NCBI GenBank assembly: GCA_964552115.1
Contig: CAZKGF010000002.1
Coordinates: 535 to 35,268 of the forward strand
Origin: an uncultured Halobacteriales archaeon
Lineage (GTDB): Archaea > Halobacteriota > Halobacteria > Halobacteriales > Haloarculaceae
Reading direction: 5' to 3'
DNA length: 34,734 nucleotides
Shown here: piece by piece, positions 1 to 7,841 of the stretch
Numbering within the stretch: the first letter of the stretch is position 1
Layout of the letters: each line of letters begins with the position of its first letter
Position numbers and translations under genes: made by a program
The notes under the pieces: model-generated
Seen by the model: only the letters and a program-made list of their open reading frames with translations
Databases searched by the model: none
Told to the model about the DNA's origin: nothing

Positions 1-125
1 AAGCTCTGGACCGCCTCGTCCATCGGAACGCTATAGGCGACCAGATTCTCCAAGTCCTCTCTGACCTCCGCTTTGTCGACGCCGAGGTCGGAGGCAAGCT
101 CCTCGGCATGCTCCTCGAGTGTCAT
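1..125 (-). CDS. partial CDS (first 41 codons, continues beyond window start); N-terminus resembles haloarchaeal replication factor A-type ssDNA-binding proteins
   Basis: ATG at 125..123, open to position 1: MTLEEHAEELASDLGVDKAEVREDLENLVAYSVPMDEAVQS. Acidic composition. TATA-like GATTTTAG (revcomp of 151..158) lies about 30 nt upstream, consistent with a leaderless start. Absent from the ORF track because it is truncated. Product call is from memory of similar N-termini only. Confidence 0.4.
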   Translation of the reverse strand, partial: MTLEEHAEELASDLGVDKAEVREDLENLVAYSVPMDEAVQS

Positions 126-198
126 CGGAGTTCGCTTCGCCCCCACCGCACTAAAATCGTTGCCGTCGGTCTGGCAGCCGAATTCGCTCGTAACTCGA

Positions 199-990
199 TC
201 AGTCGACGTCCCGGCGTCGGAAAAGTTCACGAGCGACTCCGAGGAGTACAACGGTCATGCCGACCAGAATTAGTCCGCCCATCAGGTCGATATCTCCTCG
301 AGTGAGAATTGCCGTGGGATCGTAGTACCGCGATGGCGCGACAGCCCCAACCCAGGGATACTCCGTTGTTGTGGCCAGGGAGTCGACTAGGAACAACGAG
401 AAGACCAGTCCAAGTGCAATCCGGGACGCTCTGCTCTCAGATGTTCCAGCGACCGAGAGGACCAGCCCGATGCCTGCACACGCCAACAGGTACGGTATCG
501 ACAGGAGATGGACGGCGATGAGACGAACGGGACTGAGCGATTCTCCGAGCAGGACGACACCGAGGTAAATCACAGGTACCGTCACGAGGTTGACGAGGAG
601 AACTGTCGGGACGAGTGCTGTAAAACGTTCGTAGAGGATCCGACTCCGAGAAACCGGGGTGGCGAGAAGCAGATCGATCCGGCGAGTTTCGACGTCACCC
701 GCGATCAATGAGGCTGCCCGGTAGGCAAGGTAGACGCCGAGGAGGAGCACCCAGATAAACTGGTATAGCTCCACGGCGAGAAACCCGCCGACTGACGTCA
801 TCGACTCCACACCAAACAACGTTCGCAAGGCCGGGGGAAGATTTTTGACGTACTCCTCGATCGCCGCTCCGCTGGCCTGTACTGACGGGAAAAACGCCAA
901 CATGAACGCACCGAAGACAGCGATGAGGACGCTCAGCACTACAGCGCCCGTGAGACGGCGTTCGATCTCGTAGCGTGCGATCTCAAACAT
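199..990 (-). CDS. ABC-2 type transporter permease
   Basis: Polytopic hydrophobic protein directly downstream of an ABC ATPase. ATG at 990..988 (MFEIARYEIERR...) overlaps the ATPase stop (985..983) by 8 nt, suggesting translational coupling. The track start at 1002 is a GTG. Confidence 0.8.
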   Translation of the reverse strand: MFEIARYEIERRLTGAVVLSVLIAVFGAFMLAFFPSVQASGAAIEEYVKNLPPALRTLFGVESMTSVGGFLAVELYQFIWVLLLGVYLAYRAASLIAGDVETRRIDLLLATPVSRSRILYERFTALVPTVLLVNLVTVPVIYLGVVLLGESLSPVRLIAVHLLSIPYLLACAGIGLVLSVAGTSESRASRIALGLVFSLFLVDSLATTTEYPWVGAVAPSRYYDPTAILTRGDIDLMGGLILVGMTVVLLGVARELFRRRDVD

Positions 991-1915
991 TCGATTCACC
1001 ACCGGCGGTTTCGTCGGGCTTGTCTCCGTAAAACCGCATAAATACCTCCTCCAGCGGGGCTTCTACGACCTCGAGGTCCTGCACAGTGAACGCCGTCAGG
1101 GCCTCGAGCAACCGGTCGTATTCGCCGGTGAACATGAATCGGAGTTCTCCATCGTCGACGACCAGATCGTGGACGCCTCCGAGCGAGAGATCGGCCGGCT
1201 CGAGCGATTCCGCGACGGACACTCGGACCAACCGTCCGCTGCGTGCGAGCAGTTCCCCGATGTCCGCGAGTTCGACCAGGTGCCCGTTTCGAATGATCCC
1301 GACACGATCGCAGACTTTGCGAACTTCACTCAAGACGTGAGAAGAAAAGAACAGCGTCGTTCCTCGGTCGGTTTCGGACCGAACGAAGTCGTTGAAGGTC
1401 GCTTGCTTGAGGGGATCTAACCCGGAGGTGGGTTCGTCCATGATCGCGAGATCGGGATCGTGCATAAACGCCTGGACGATCCCGAGCATTTGCCGATTGC
1501 CACGGGAATACTCGCCAATTGGCCGATCGAGGGGCGGATCGAACCGATCGAGGAGCACATCCAACCGGTCTGCTCCCTTGAGCTCACCGTGGTACTCGAG
1601 AAACCGCCTCCCGGTGACGTCATCATCGAACGTGGGATCTCCTGGGAGATACCCGACGTGACGTTTCGCTTCTCGGAGTGCCGCCTGGTTCGTAATGTCC
1701 CGGCCCAGGAGGGTCCCACCACCAGCAGTGGGAGCCATAAATCCCAGCATCGTGCGGATAGTGGTCGTCTTCCCCGCTCCGTTGGGCCCGAGAAATCCGA
1801 AGACTTCGCCACGTTCGACCGTAAGGGAGAGGTCTTCAACCCCCCGAACGGGACCGTAATATTTCGTGAGTTCGTCCACCGTGAGAACAGGCAATCCAAT
1901 CACTCCGTATTCCAC
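983..1915 (-). CDS. ABC transporter ATP-binding protein
   Basis: Walker A GPNGAGKTT, signature YSRGNRQ-type, Walker B LAIMDEPTSGLD, H-loop SSHVL. The Arg/Ser-rich first ~40 codons of the track ORF would overlap the divergent gene starting at 1987. GTG at 1915 or 1903 is the likely start. Confidence 0.85.
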   Translation of the reverse strand: MEYGVIGLPVLTVDELTKYYGPVRGVEDLSLTVERGEVFGFLGPNGAGKTTTIRTMLGFMAPTAGGGTLLGRDITNQAALREAKRHVGYLPGDPTFDDDVTGRRFLEYHGELKGADRLDVLLDRFDPPLDRPIGEYSRGNRQMLGIVQAFMHDPDLAIMDEPTSGLDPLKQATFNDFVRSETDRGTTLFFSSHVLSEVRKVCDRVGIIRNGHLVELADIGELLARSGRLVRVSVAESLEPADLSLGGVHDLVVDDGELRFMFTGEYDRLLEALTAFTVQDLEVVEAPLEEVFMRFYGDKPDETAGGESNV

Positions 1916-1986
1916 GCTATCGACGCTGGACCAAGAAGGTCCCTTCGACCGAAGAGGTTTCCCTCTGTGGTGGCCTGTGCACCGGC

Positions 1987-2643
1987 ATGGACGTGGTCGT
2001 GAACGCAGCGATGAGTGCTGATGGGAAGCTGTCAACCCCTCAGCGCGAGCAAATCACGATGAGCGGCGCCGATGACTTTCGACGGGTGGACGAACTTCGA
2101 GCGAGGAGCGACGCCGTGATGGTCGGGGTGGAGACGGTCCTCGCGGACGACCCCTCGCTTACAGTGTCTGAGGAGTCACTCCTCGACGCACCAGATGACG
2201 ACGCACAACCGGCCCGCGTTATTGCTGACTCCCGATTGCGGACACCGGTCTCAGCAACTGTGTTCGACGACCGCGCACACACCTACCTACTCACATCCTC
2301 CTCGGCCACACCTGACGATCGGGTGACTGCGACCGAGAACGGCGCTTCGGTCATCGTGGCCGGGGACGACCGTGTCGACTTGAAAAAGGCACTGGCTGAA
2401 CTGGAACGGGCCGGGATTTCCTCGCTCATGGTCGAGGGCGGTGGGGAACTCATCGCCGGGCTCTTGGCGACGGATCTCGTCGACGAACTGCGCGTGTACG
2501 TCGCTCCTCTGGTGATCGGTGGTCGCGACTCACCCACCCTCGTGGACGGTCCGGGCTTCGACGCTCCGTATGTCCAACTTACACTCGACGACGTCAAACG
2601 GCTCGACGATGGGGTCGTGCTGTCCTACAGTGTCGACAGTTAG
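1987..2643 (+). CDS. arfC: 2,5-diamino-6-(ribosylamino)-4(3H)-pyrimidinone 5'-phosphate reductase (RibD C-terminal-domain family, archaeal riboflavin pathway)
   Basis: MDVVVNAAMSADGKLS..., DAVMVGVETVLADDPSLTV and LMVEGGGELI are typical of the RibD_C/DHFR-like reductase fold. Length 218 aa. ATG start confirmed. Confidence 0.8.
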   Translation: MDVVVNAAMSADGKLSTPQREQITMSGADDFRRVDELRARSDAVMVGVETVLADDPSLTVSEESLLDAPDDDAQPARVIADSRLRTPVSATVFDDRAHTYLLTSSSATPDDRVTATENGASVIVAGDDRVDLKKALAELERAGISSLMVEGGGELIAGLLATDLVDELRVYVAPLVIGGRDSPTLVDGPGFDAPYVQLTLDDVKRLDDGVVLSYSVDS

Positions 2644-2924
2644 TGCTGGTGGCCGGTCATCTCACCGTAACTCTGGCCGAATCGGTCTTCGAAGAGGTCC
2701 ATGGTGACGGACTCAGCCGTCTGAAGCTCATCGTTCGTCTCGCCATGGCCGTGGTGAACAGCTGCATGGACCTGCTGAGCGAGGCCTAGCATCGCAATAT
2801 CAGCGACGACAGTTGGATCTGACTCGTCGCCTTCTCTGAGAGCGCTCAGGAGTGAGGTCGACACTTCGATTTCGTCCGTTGCATCCTCGGTCGAAAGTTC
2901 CACCGTGACGGTCTCGTCTGCCAT
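2640..2924 (-). CDS. small acidic hypothetical protein with His-rich segments
   Basis: 94 aa, ATG confirmed at 2924..2922. Halophile-like acidic composition (MADETVTVELSTEDATDEIEV...) with HAAVHHGHGE and a C-terminal TGHQH. No family recognised. Confidence 0.6.
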   Translation of the reverse strand: MADETVTVELSTEDATDEIEVSTSLLSALREGDESDPTVVADIAMLGLAQQVHAAVHHGHGETNDELQTAESVTMDLFEDRFGQSYGEMTGHQH

Positions 2925-2972
2925 GGGCGGACTGTGCCGTCGCGACGTAAGGATCTACTGGGTCGTCGGTAC

Positions 2973-4025
2973 TCAGTCGTCACCGGCAGCGCTGGCTTCC
3001 GTGGATTGTTCCGTCTCCCTGGGCACCGTCTCCTCTAAATAGTCGTCCGCGTCCAGTGCTGCCTTGCTTCCCATGCCACCGGCCGTGACGGCTTGTTGAT
3101 AATGGAAATCAACGACGTCACCGGCACCGAATATACCGTCCACGCCCGTCTTCGTCTGACCAGCGCCCCGACCCCCTTCCGTGACGACATAGCCCGCATC
3201 GTCCATCTCGACCGCCGTCCCCTCGAGGTACCCCGTGTTCGGGGTGTGCCCGATCGCCAAAAACACGGCGCCGACGTCGAGTTCGAACGTCTCCGTCTCC
3301 GGTTCGTCGAGGTTTTCTTTCGGATAGCCGGTTTCGTTCCTGGCGAGGACGGTGTAATCCACTCCATCGTCAGCCGAACCAGTGATCTCCAGCAGTTCGG
3401 TGTTCCGCAGGATCTCTATATCGCCCGCGTCCACGTGCTCCATGAGGCGGTCGATCCAGTAATCCTCAGCCCTGAATTTCTCTCTTCGATGAGCAACGTA
3501 GACTGTGTCGGCGAACTTCGTGAGGAAACACGCCTCCTCCATCGCTGCATCTCCACCGCCGACGACGAGCATGTCTTCCCCGCGGAAAAAGGCACCATCG
3601 CAGGTCGCACACGTCGAAACTCCGTATCCCATTAACTCGTCTTCGCCCGGGACGCCGAGCGTTCGGGCGCTCGCCCCGGACGCGGCGATGAACGCGTCAC
3701 AGGTGTATTGATCGCCTGTTTTGAGTTCGACACGAAGGGGGTCACTCGAGTCATCGACGTCGACGACGATCCCGTGGTCGATTTCGGCACCGAATCGAGT
3801 TGCCTGCTCTTTCATCCGCTGGACCAACTCTGGCCCTCCGATCCCCTCGGGAAACCCAGGATAGTTCGCCACGTCGGTCGTAAGGGTAAGTTGTCCCCCT
3901 GGTTCATCCCCTTCCAGAACGAGAGGGTCATTGTTCGAGCGGCCTGCGTAGATCGCGGCCGTGAGGCCGGCGATTCCAGTCCCAGCGATGATGAGTCGAC
4001 GGTGTTCGACCGTGTCGTCTGGCAT
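2973..4025 (-). CDS. trxB: thioredoxin-disulfide reductase
   Basis: FAD motif IIAGTGIAGLTAA, redox CATCDG, NADPH motif VVGGGDAAMEEA, and GHTPNT/GAGDV. ATG at 4025..4023 (MPDDTVEH...). The track start at 4034 is a GTG. Confidence 0.93.
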   Translation of the reverse strand: MPDDTVEHRRLIIAGTGIAGLTAAIYAGRSNNDPLVLEGDEPGGQLTLTTDVANYPGFPEGIGGPELVQRMKEQATRFGAEIDHGIVVDVDDSSDPLRVELKTGDQYTCDAFIAASGASARTLGVPGEDELMGYGVSTCATCDGAFFRGEDMLVVGGGDAAMEEACFLTKFADTVYVAHRREKFRAEDYWIDRLMEHVDAGDIEILRNTELLEITGSADDGVDYTVLARNETGYPKENLDEPETETFELDVGAVFLAIGHTPNTGYLEGTAVEMDDAGYVVTEGGRGAGQTKTGVDGIFGAGDVVDFHYQQAVTAGGMGSKAALDADDYLEETVPRETEQSTEASAAGDD

Positions 4026-4146
4026 GCGTTTCACTTCACCGTGAAGCTGTTTGTACGTTCCGCCAAGGGACTTGTATAGCTCCGGAGATAGCCGTCAGTG
4101 CCCCAGTATCCCCTACTATAAGGGCGGTTGTGGCATATCGAGGGGC

Positions 4147-4431
4147 ATGGCTGCCGAACTCCAGGAAAAGACCGACCGGTACGAACGGCTGTTGGCTGCG
4201 GCACTCGACGCTGCAGAGATCGCTCCACCCTCCGATACGCCCCTGGCAACTGCAGCTGAGGACTGCTATGAAATGGCTGAATCCTATCTGGCCGATGGTC
4301 GTCATTTTCGTACTGACGACGATCCGGTGAACGCACTCGCAGCGTTCGCCTACGGACACGGCTGGTTGGATGCGGGTGCACGCGTTGGTCTGTTGTCAGT
4401 CCCCAGGGACGACGAATTATTCACCGTCTGA
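4147..4431 (+). CDS. DUF357-family protein
   Basis: MAAELQEKTDRYERLL...AESYLADGRHFRTDDDPVNALAAFAYGHGWLDAGARVGLL matches my recollection of the DUF357 pattern. ATG at 4147 confirmed. The upstream part of the track ORF is not protein-like. Confidence 0.6.
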   Translation: MAAELQEKTDRYERLLAAALDAAEIAPPSDTPLATAAEDCYEMAESYLADGRHFRTDDDPVNALAAFAYGHGWLDAGARVGLLSVPRDDELFTV

Positions 4432-4522
4432 GGGGCAGTAACGTTGCCCACGTGCGAAGAGATGACATGTGAAGGTGTAACGGATATCGGCCCCCCGTCA
4501 TGCGATACCGTAGCCAGGCTTG

Positions 4523-4536
4523 CGAAAGATTTATAA
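4523..4536 (+). promoter_or_regulatory. BRE/TATA promoter of tfb
   Basis: CGAAAG (4523..4528) followed by TTTATAA (4530..4536). Predicted TSS is near 4559, giving a leader of about 50 nt to the ATG at 4611. Confidence 0.55.
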
Positions 4537-4610
4537 GAGTTACGGACTTACTATAAGTGAAGACAAGCCACCGGCGGAGAGGTGGCTTTCGCACCCACGT
4601 GACAATCCAA

Positions 4611-5576
4611 ATGAGTGAAACTAGCATCCGAAACCCGAAAGAACGCATTGAGGAGGAGACAGAATCCGAAACGACCCACCAGGACGTTTGTCCCGAGTGT
4701 AGCGGCCGCGTCGTTTCCGACGAAGAGCACGGGGAGTCAGTCTGTACGGACTGTGGCCTCGTAATCGAAGAGAACGAGATCGATCGCGGTCCCGAATGGC
4801 GTGCGTTCGACGCCGGTGAACGCGATCAGAAGTCCCGTGTCGGGGCCCCGACGACCCAGATGATGCACGACAAGGGGCTCTCGACGAATATCGGCTGGCA
4901 GAACAAGGACGCATACGGTCGGTCGCTGAATTCGAACCAGCGCGAAAAGATGCAACGCCTCCGGACGTGGAACGAGCGGTTCCGAACCCGGAACTCGAAA
5001 GAGCGCAATCTCAAACAGGCGTTGGGTGAGATCGACCGGATGGCGAGTGCCCTGGGACTGCCGGAGAACGTCCGTGAGACCGCATCGGTGATCTATCGGC
5101 GAGCGCTTTCCGAGGACCTTCTCCCCGGACGGTCCATTGAGGGAGTCGCCACGGCGGCACTATACGCAGCAGCCCGCCAAGCCGGAACGCCTCGCAGCCT
5201 CGACGAAATCGAACGCGTCTCTCGAGTCGACCACATGGAGTTGACGCGTACCTACCGGTACATTGTCAAGGAATTGAAGTTGGAAGTCAAACCCGCAGAC
5301 CCCGAGAGCTACGTCCCCCGGTTCGTTTCGGACTTGGATGTCTCGGACGAGGTCGAACGACAGGCGCGAGATCTGATCGAGAGCGGTCGGCAGGCCGGGC
5401 AACTCAGCGGAAAATCCCCAGTCGGCCTCGCGGCAGCAGCCGTGTATGCGGCCGCACTCCTGACCAACCAAAAGGTCACGCAGAGCGAAGTTTCGGAGGT
5501 CGCCAACGTCTCGGAAGTAACGATCCGAAACCGGTACAAGGAACTCCTCGAGGCTGAAGGCGTCCAGACGGCCTGA
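4611..5576 (+). CDS. tfb: transcription initiation factor IIB (TFB)
   Basis: N-terminal zinc ribbon CPECSGRVVSDEEHGESVCTDCG and a B-finger/linker, then two cyclin-like repeats (NLKQALGEIDRMASALGLP..., ...VSEVTIRNRYKEL). ATG 4611 confirmed. The GTG at 4557 lies at or before the predicted TSS. Confidence 0.93.
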   Translation: MSETSIRNPKERIEEETESETTHQDVCPECSGRVVSDEEHGESVCTDCGLVIEENEIDRGPEWRAFDAGERDQKSRVGAPTTQMMHDKGLSTNIGWQNKDAYGRSLNSNQREKMQRLRTWNERFRTRNSKERNLKQALGEIDRMASALGLPENVRETASVIYRRALSEDLLPGRSIEGVATAALYAAARQAGTPRSLDEIERVSRVDHMELTRTYRYIVKELKLEVKPADPESYVPRFVSDLDVSDEVERQARDLIESGRQAGQLSGKSPVGLAAAAVYAAALLTNQKVTQSEVSEVANVSEVTIRNRYKELLEAEGVQTA

Positions 5577-5581
5577 TTTTT
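5577..5581 (+). terminator. oligo-T terminator after tfb
   Basis: TTTTT immediately follows the TGA stop (5574..5576). Archaeal termination commonly uses T-runs. Confidence 0.4.
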
Positions 5582-5631
5582 CTCGCCGGCGCACAAGTCT
5601 TTTGAGCGATCACCGGGATGTGTTGGCATAC

Positions 5632-5811
5632 ATGGAGGAGACGTACGTCCGTTTACTGTGTGCGGAGTGCGCAAAAGAGTGGGAAGCCACGCCTGGGGAG
5701 TTACCAGCCCCCAACGAAACCTTTCACTGCCCCAACTGTCACAACAGTCGACGGTTGGCCGAATTCATGCGAACGGAACACGACCTCAAGACGCTGAAAC
5801 GGCTGGGTTGA
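5632..5811 (+). CDS. small zinc-finger protein (two CxxC pairs)
   Basis: MEETYVRLLCAECAKEWEATPGELPAPNETFHCPNCHNSRRL... carries CAEC and CPNC pairs, typical of small haloarchaeal zinc-ribbon proteins. ATG at 5632. The track start at 5602 is a TTG. Confidence 0.6.
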   Translation: MEETYVRLLCAECAKEWEATPGELPAPNETFHCPNCHNSRRLAEFMRTEHDLKTLKRLG

Positions 5812-5914
5812 CGAGTCGGATCGACGCTGCTACGTCTGTGGTCCGACGCGTTCAGGCCCACCGTCATCCGATCGATTGCCTCGAGCTGACCTCGGGCACC
5901 GTGGGTCGAGTCAG

Positions 5915-6319
5915 TTAGGAACCCGCAGTCGAGCGCGCACCACAGGCTTCACATCTGAGCAACACTGCCCCCTGTTCGCGTTCGAGTCTGGTGTCGGGTA
6001 AGCCACATTCCGGACAGCGAACGTAGGTCTCTGTGTACGCCTCGACTGCGTCAGCCATCCGACTCGAACCGAACTCGCCGGTTAGGCGTGCTCGCCCCGA
6101 TTCGTCGATGTGGCCGCTGGTTCCCAACTCGTTTTGCAGAAACTTCATCAGATGATCCGCATCGCGGTCGAGGTTGTTACACAAGTCCTGAAAATTCTCG
6201 ACGACAGTTACGTTTCCTTCTTGCCGGACCTCCGGATCGGGACCGTCGAACCGTTCTGAACCGTCCTCGATATCGGGGGTTTCCTCGATTCCCCGGTCGA
6301 GCATCTCTTCGTAGTCCAT
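5915..6319 (-). CDS. eif2b: translation initiation factor aIF-2 subunit beta
   Basis: MDYEEMLDRG..., HLMKFLQNELGTSG, and a C-terminal zinc ribbon YVRCPECGLPDT...LRCEACG. 134 aa, ATG confirmed. Confidence 0.92.
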   Translation of the reverse strand: MDYEEMLDRGIEETPDIEDGSERFDGPDPEVRQEGNVTVVENFQDLCNNLDRDADHLMKFLQNELGTSGHIDESGRARLTGEFGSSRMADAVEAYTETYVRCPECGLPDTRLEREQGAVLLRCEACGARSTAGS

Positions 6320-6349
6320 ACGGAGTCAAGAGGGGGTATCGAAAAATGC

Positions 6350-6760
6350 TTAACGCTGTGTTCGCTTCCCGTCAACCGGTTCTGCGGGGACACCAGCGAC
6401 GGTCGAGCCTTCTGGCACGTCGGAGGCGACGAGTGAGTTGGCTGCGACTCGGGCGTCCGCTCCGATTTCGACGCCGGGTAATACGATGGCGCCTGCACCG
6501 ATCATCGCCCGTTCTCCGATCCGAACCGGTCCGGTTCTGAGTTCGTCCTGGAGGAACTCGTGACAGAGGATCGTCGCGTCGTACCCTACGATCGCGTCGG
6601 CCTGGATGGTAATTAATTGCGGATAAAACACGTCGGGCGTCGCTTCCAGGGCGAAGACGGCGCCAGCCTCGATGGACATGCCGAGCCGCCGAAGCAGCCA
6701 CCGTTTCGCCCGGAGGCTGGGGGAGATCCGGCAGATGACGATCACGACGTAATTGAGCAT
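6350..6760 (-). CDS. hexapeptide-repeat (LbH) acetyl/acyltransferase, WcaF/maltose O-acetyltransferase-like
   Basis: The last 136 codons of the 283-aa track ORF carry the domain: IGERAMIGAGAIVLPGVEIGADARVAANSLV. ATG at 6760..6758 (MLNYVVIV...). The upstream part is Arg/Pro-rich junk. Confidence 0.75.
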   Translation of the reverse strand: MLNYVVIVICRISPSLRAKRWLLRRLGMSIEAGAVFALEATPDVFYPQLITIQADAIVGYDATILCHEFLQDELRTGPVRIGERAMIGAGAIVLPGVEIGADARVAANSLVASDVPEGSTVAGVPAEPVDGKRTQR

Positions 6761-6970
6761 GATTCGCAGTGGATTATGGTGTCGATGCCACCCGCGGAAC
6801 GAGTTGTGTGAATCAGGAGCTAGATGGGACGAGAGGCGCTCGTGACGTGGATCCTCGTCGCTCACACTGTCGCATTTGCGGGGCTGGGTCTTGAATACGG
6901 CGGGCCGACCACCATCGAGCCCGTAATTGCGGACGGTAGACTTAGGGACAGCCTCACCCAGGTTTTCCCC

Positions 6971-7834
6971 ATGTCGATGTCTATGGATGCTGTTGACCGG
7001 ATCGGTGTCGTGGGCGCGGGGACGATGGGGAGTGGTATCGCTCAGGTGGCTGCAGCGGCCGGGTTTGATGTCACCATTCGGGACGTCGACGACTCGCTTG
7101 TCGACGACGGCCTGGAGGCAGTCGAATCTGGGCTCGACCGGGCGGTCGATCGGGGTGAGCTTACTCAGAGCCAGGCCACGGCTGCTCGGGAACGAGTGCA
7201 CGGAACGACCGACCTATCAGACCTGGCCGATTGCCAGCTATGTATCGAAGCAGTCGTCGAGGACTTGCGCGTCAAGCGTGACGTCTTGGCGGATCTCGAT
7301 CGGATGACGGCCTCAGATGTTATTCTTGGGACCAACACGTCGACGCTTTCGATTACCGCACTGGCGGCCGCCACAGACCGGCCAAGCCAGGTGATCGGTA
7401 TCCATTTCATGAATCCGGTCCCGCGGATGCGAGGGGTGGAAATCGTCGTCGGCGAACGGACGGCACCGTTCGTGGTCGAACTCGGCCACGAATTTGCTGC
7501 TGCACTCGACAAGGAGACGTGGGAGTCCGACGATAAGCCCGGCTTCGTTACCAACCGGATTCTCATGCCCTGGATCAACGAGGGGATCCGTGCCTACGAC
7601 GAGGGAGTCGCATCGAAAGCCGATATCGATCGGGGAATGGAACTCGGGACGAACGTCCCAATGGGGCCGTTGGCGTTGGCGGATCACATCGGGCTGGATA
7701 TCTGTCTTCACGCCAGCCAGACGCTCCACGACGAGTTAGGTGAGCGCTTCCGGCCGGCGTATCTCCTCGCTCGGAAGGTCGAGGCCGGAGATCTCGGAAA
7801 GAAGACCGGACGTGGGTTTTACGAGTACGACTAG
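6971..7834 (+). CDS. hbd: 3-hydroxyacyl-CoA (3-hydroxybutyryl-CoA) dehydrogenase
   Basis: Rossmann motif IGVVGAGTMGSGIAQ, then NTSTLSIT, HFMNPVP, PGFVTNRIL. ATG at 6971 gives 287 aa, typical for the family. Confidence 0.9.
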   Translation: MSMSMDAVDRIGVVGAGTMGSGIAQVAAAAGFDVTIRDVDDSLVDDGLEAVESGLDRAVDRGELTQSQATAARERVHGTTDLSDLADCQLCIEAVVEDLRVKRDVLADLDRMTASDVILGTNTSTLSITALAAATDRPSQVIGIHFMNPVPRMRGVEIVVGERTAPFVVELGHEFAAALDKETWESDDKPGFVTNRILMPWINEGIRAYDEGVASKADIDRGMELGTNVPMGPLALADHIGLDICLHASQTLHDELGERFRPAYLLARKVEAGDLGKKTGRGFYEYD

Positions 7835-7841
7835 CGCCGAC

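Noticed and set aside
4463-4537. 24-codon ORF (MTCEGVTDIGPPSCDTVARLAKDL) ending in the tfb TATA box
   Set aside because: It has no promoter-like element at the right distance and no hydrophobic or otherwise distinctive character. Its stop is simply the TAA of the TATA box.
4557-4610. GTG-initiated 18-codon extension of TFB (MKTSHRRRGGFRTHVTIQ)
   Set aside because: It is highly basic, unlike the rest of the proteome. The GTG lies at or before the TSS predicted from the TATA box at 4530..4536. ATG 4611 gives a normal TFB length.
6761-7201. N-terminal 147 codons of the 283-aa track ORF. Similar long extensions occur at 27298..27825, 33946..34221, 9564..9650 and 1916..2035.
   Set aside because: The extensions are Arg/Pro/Ser-rich and often begin at TTG or GTG. 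They overlap divergent genes or promoters, and they precede an internal ATG after which a recognisable domain starts.
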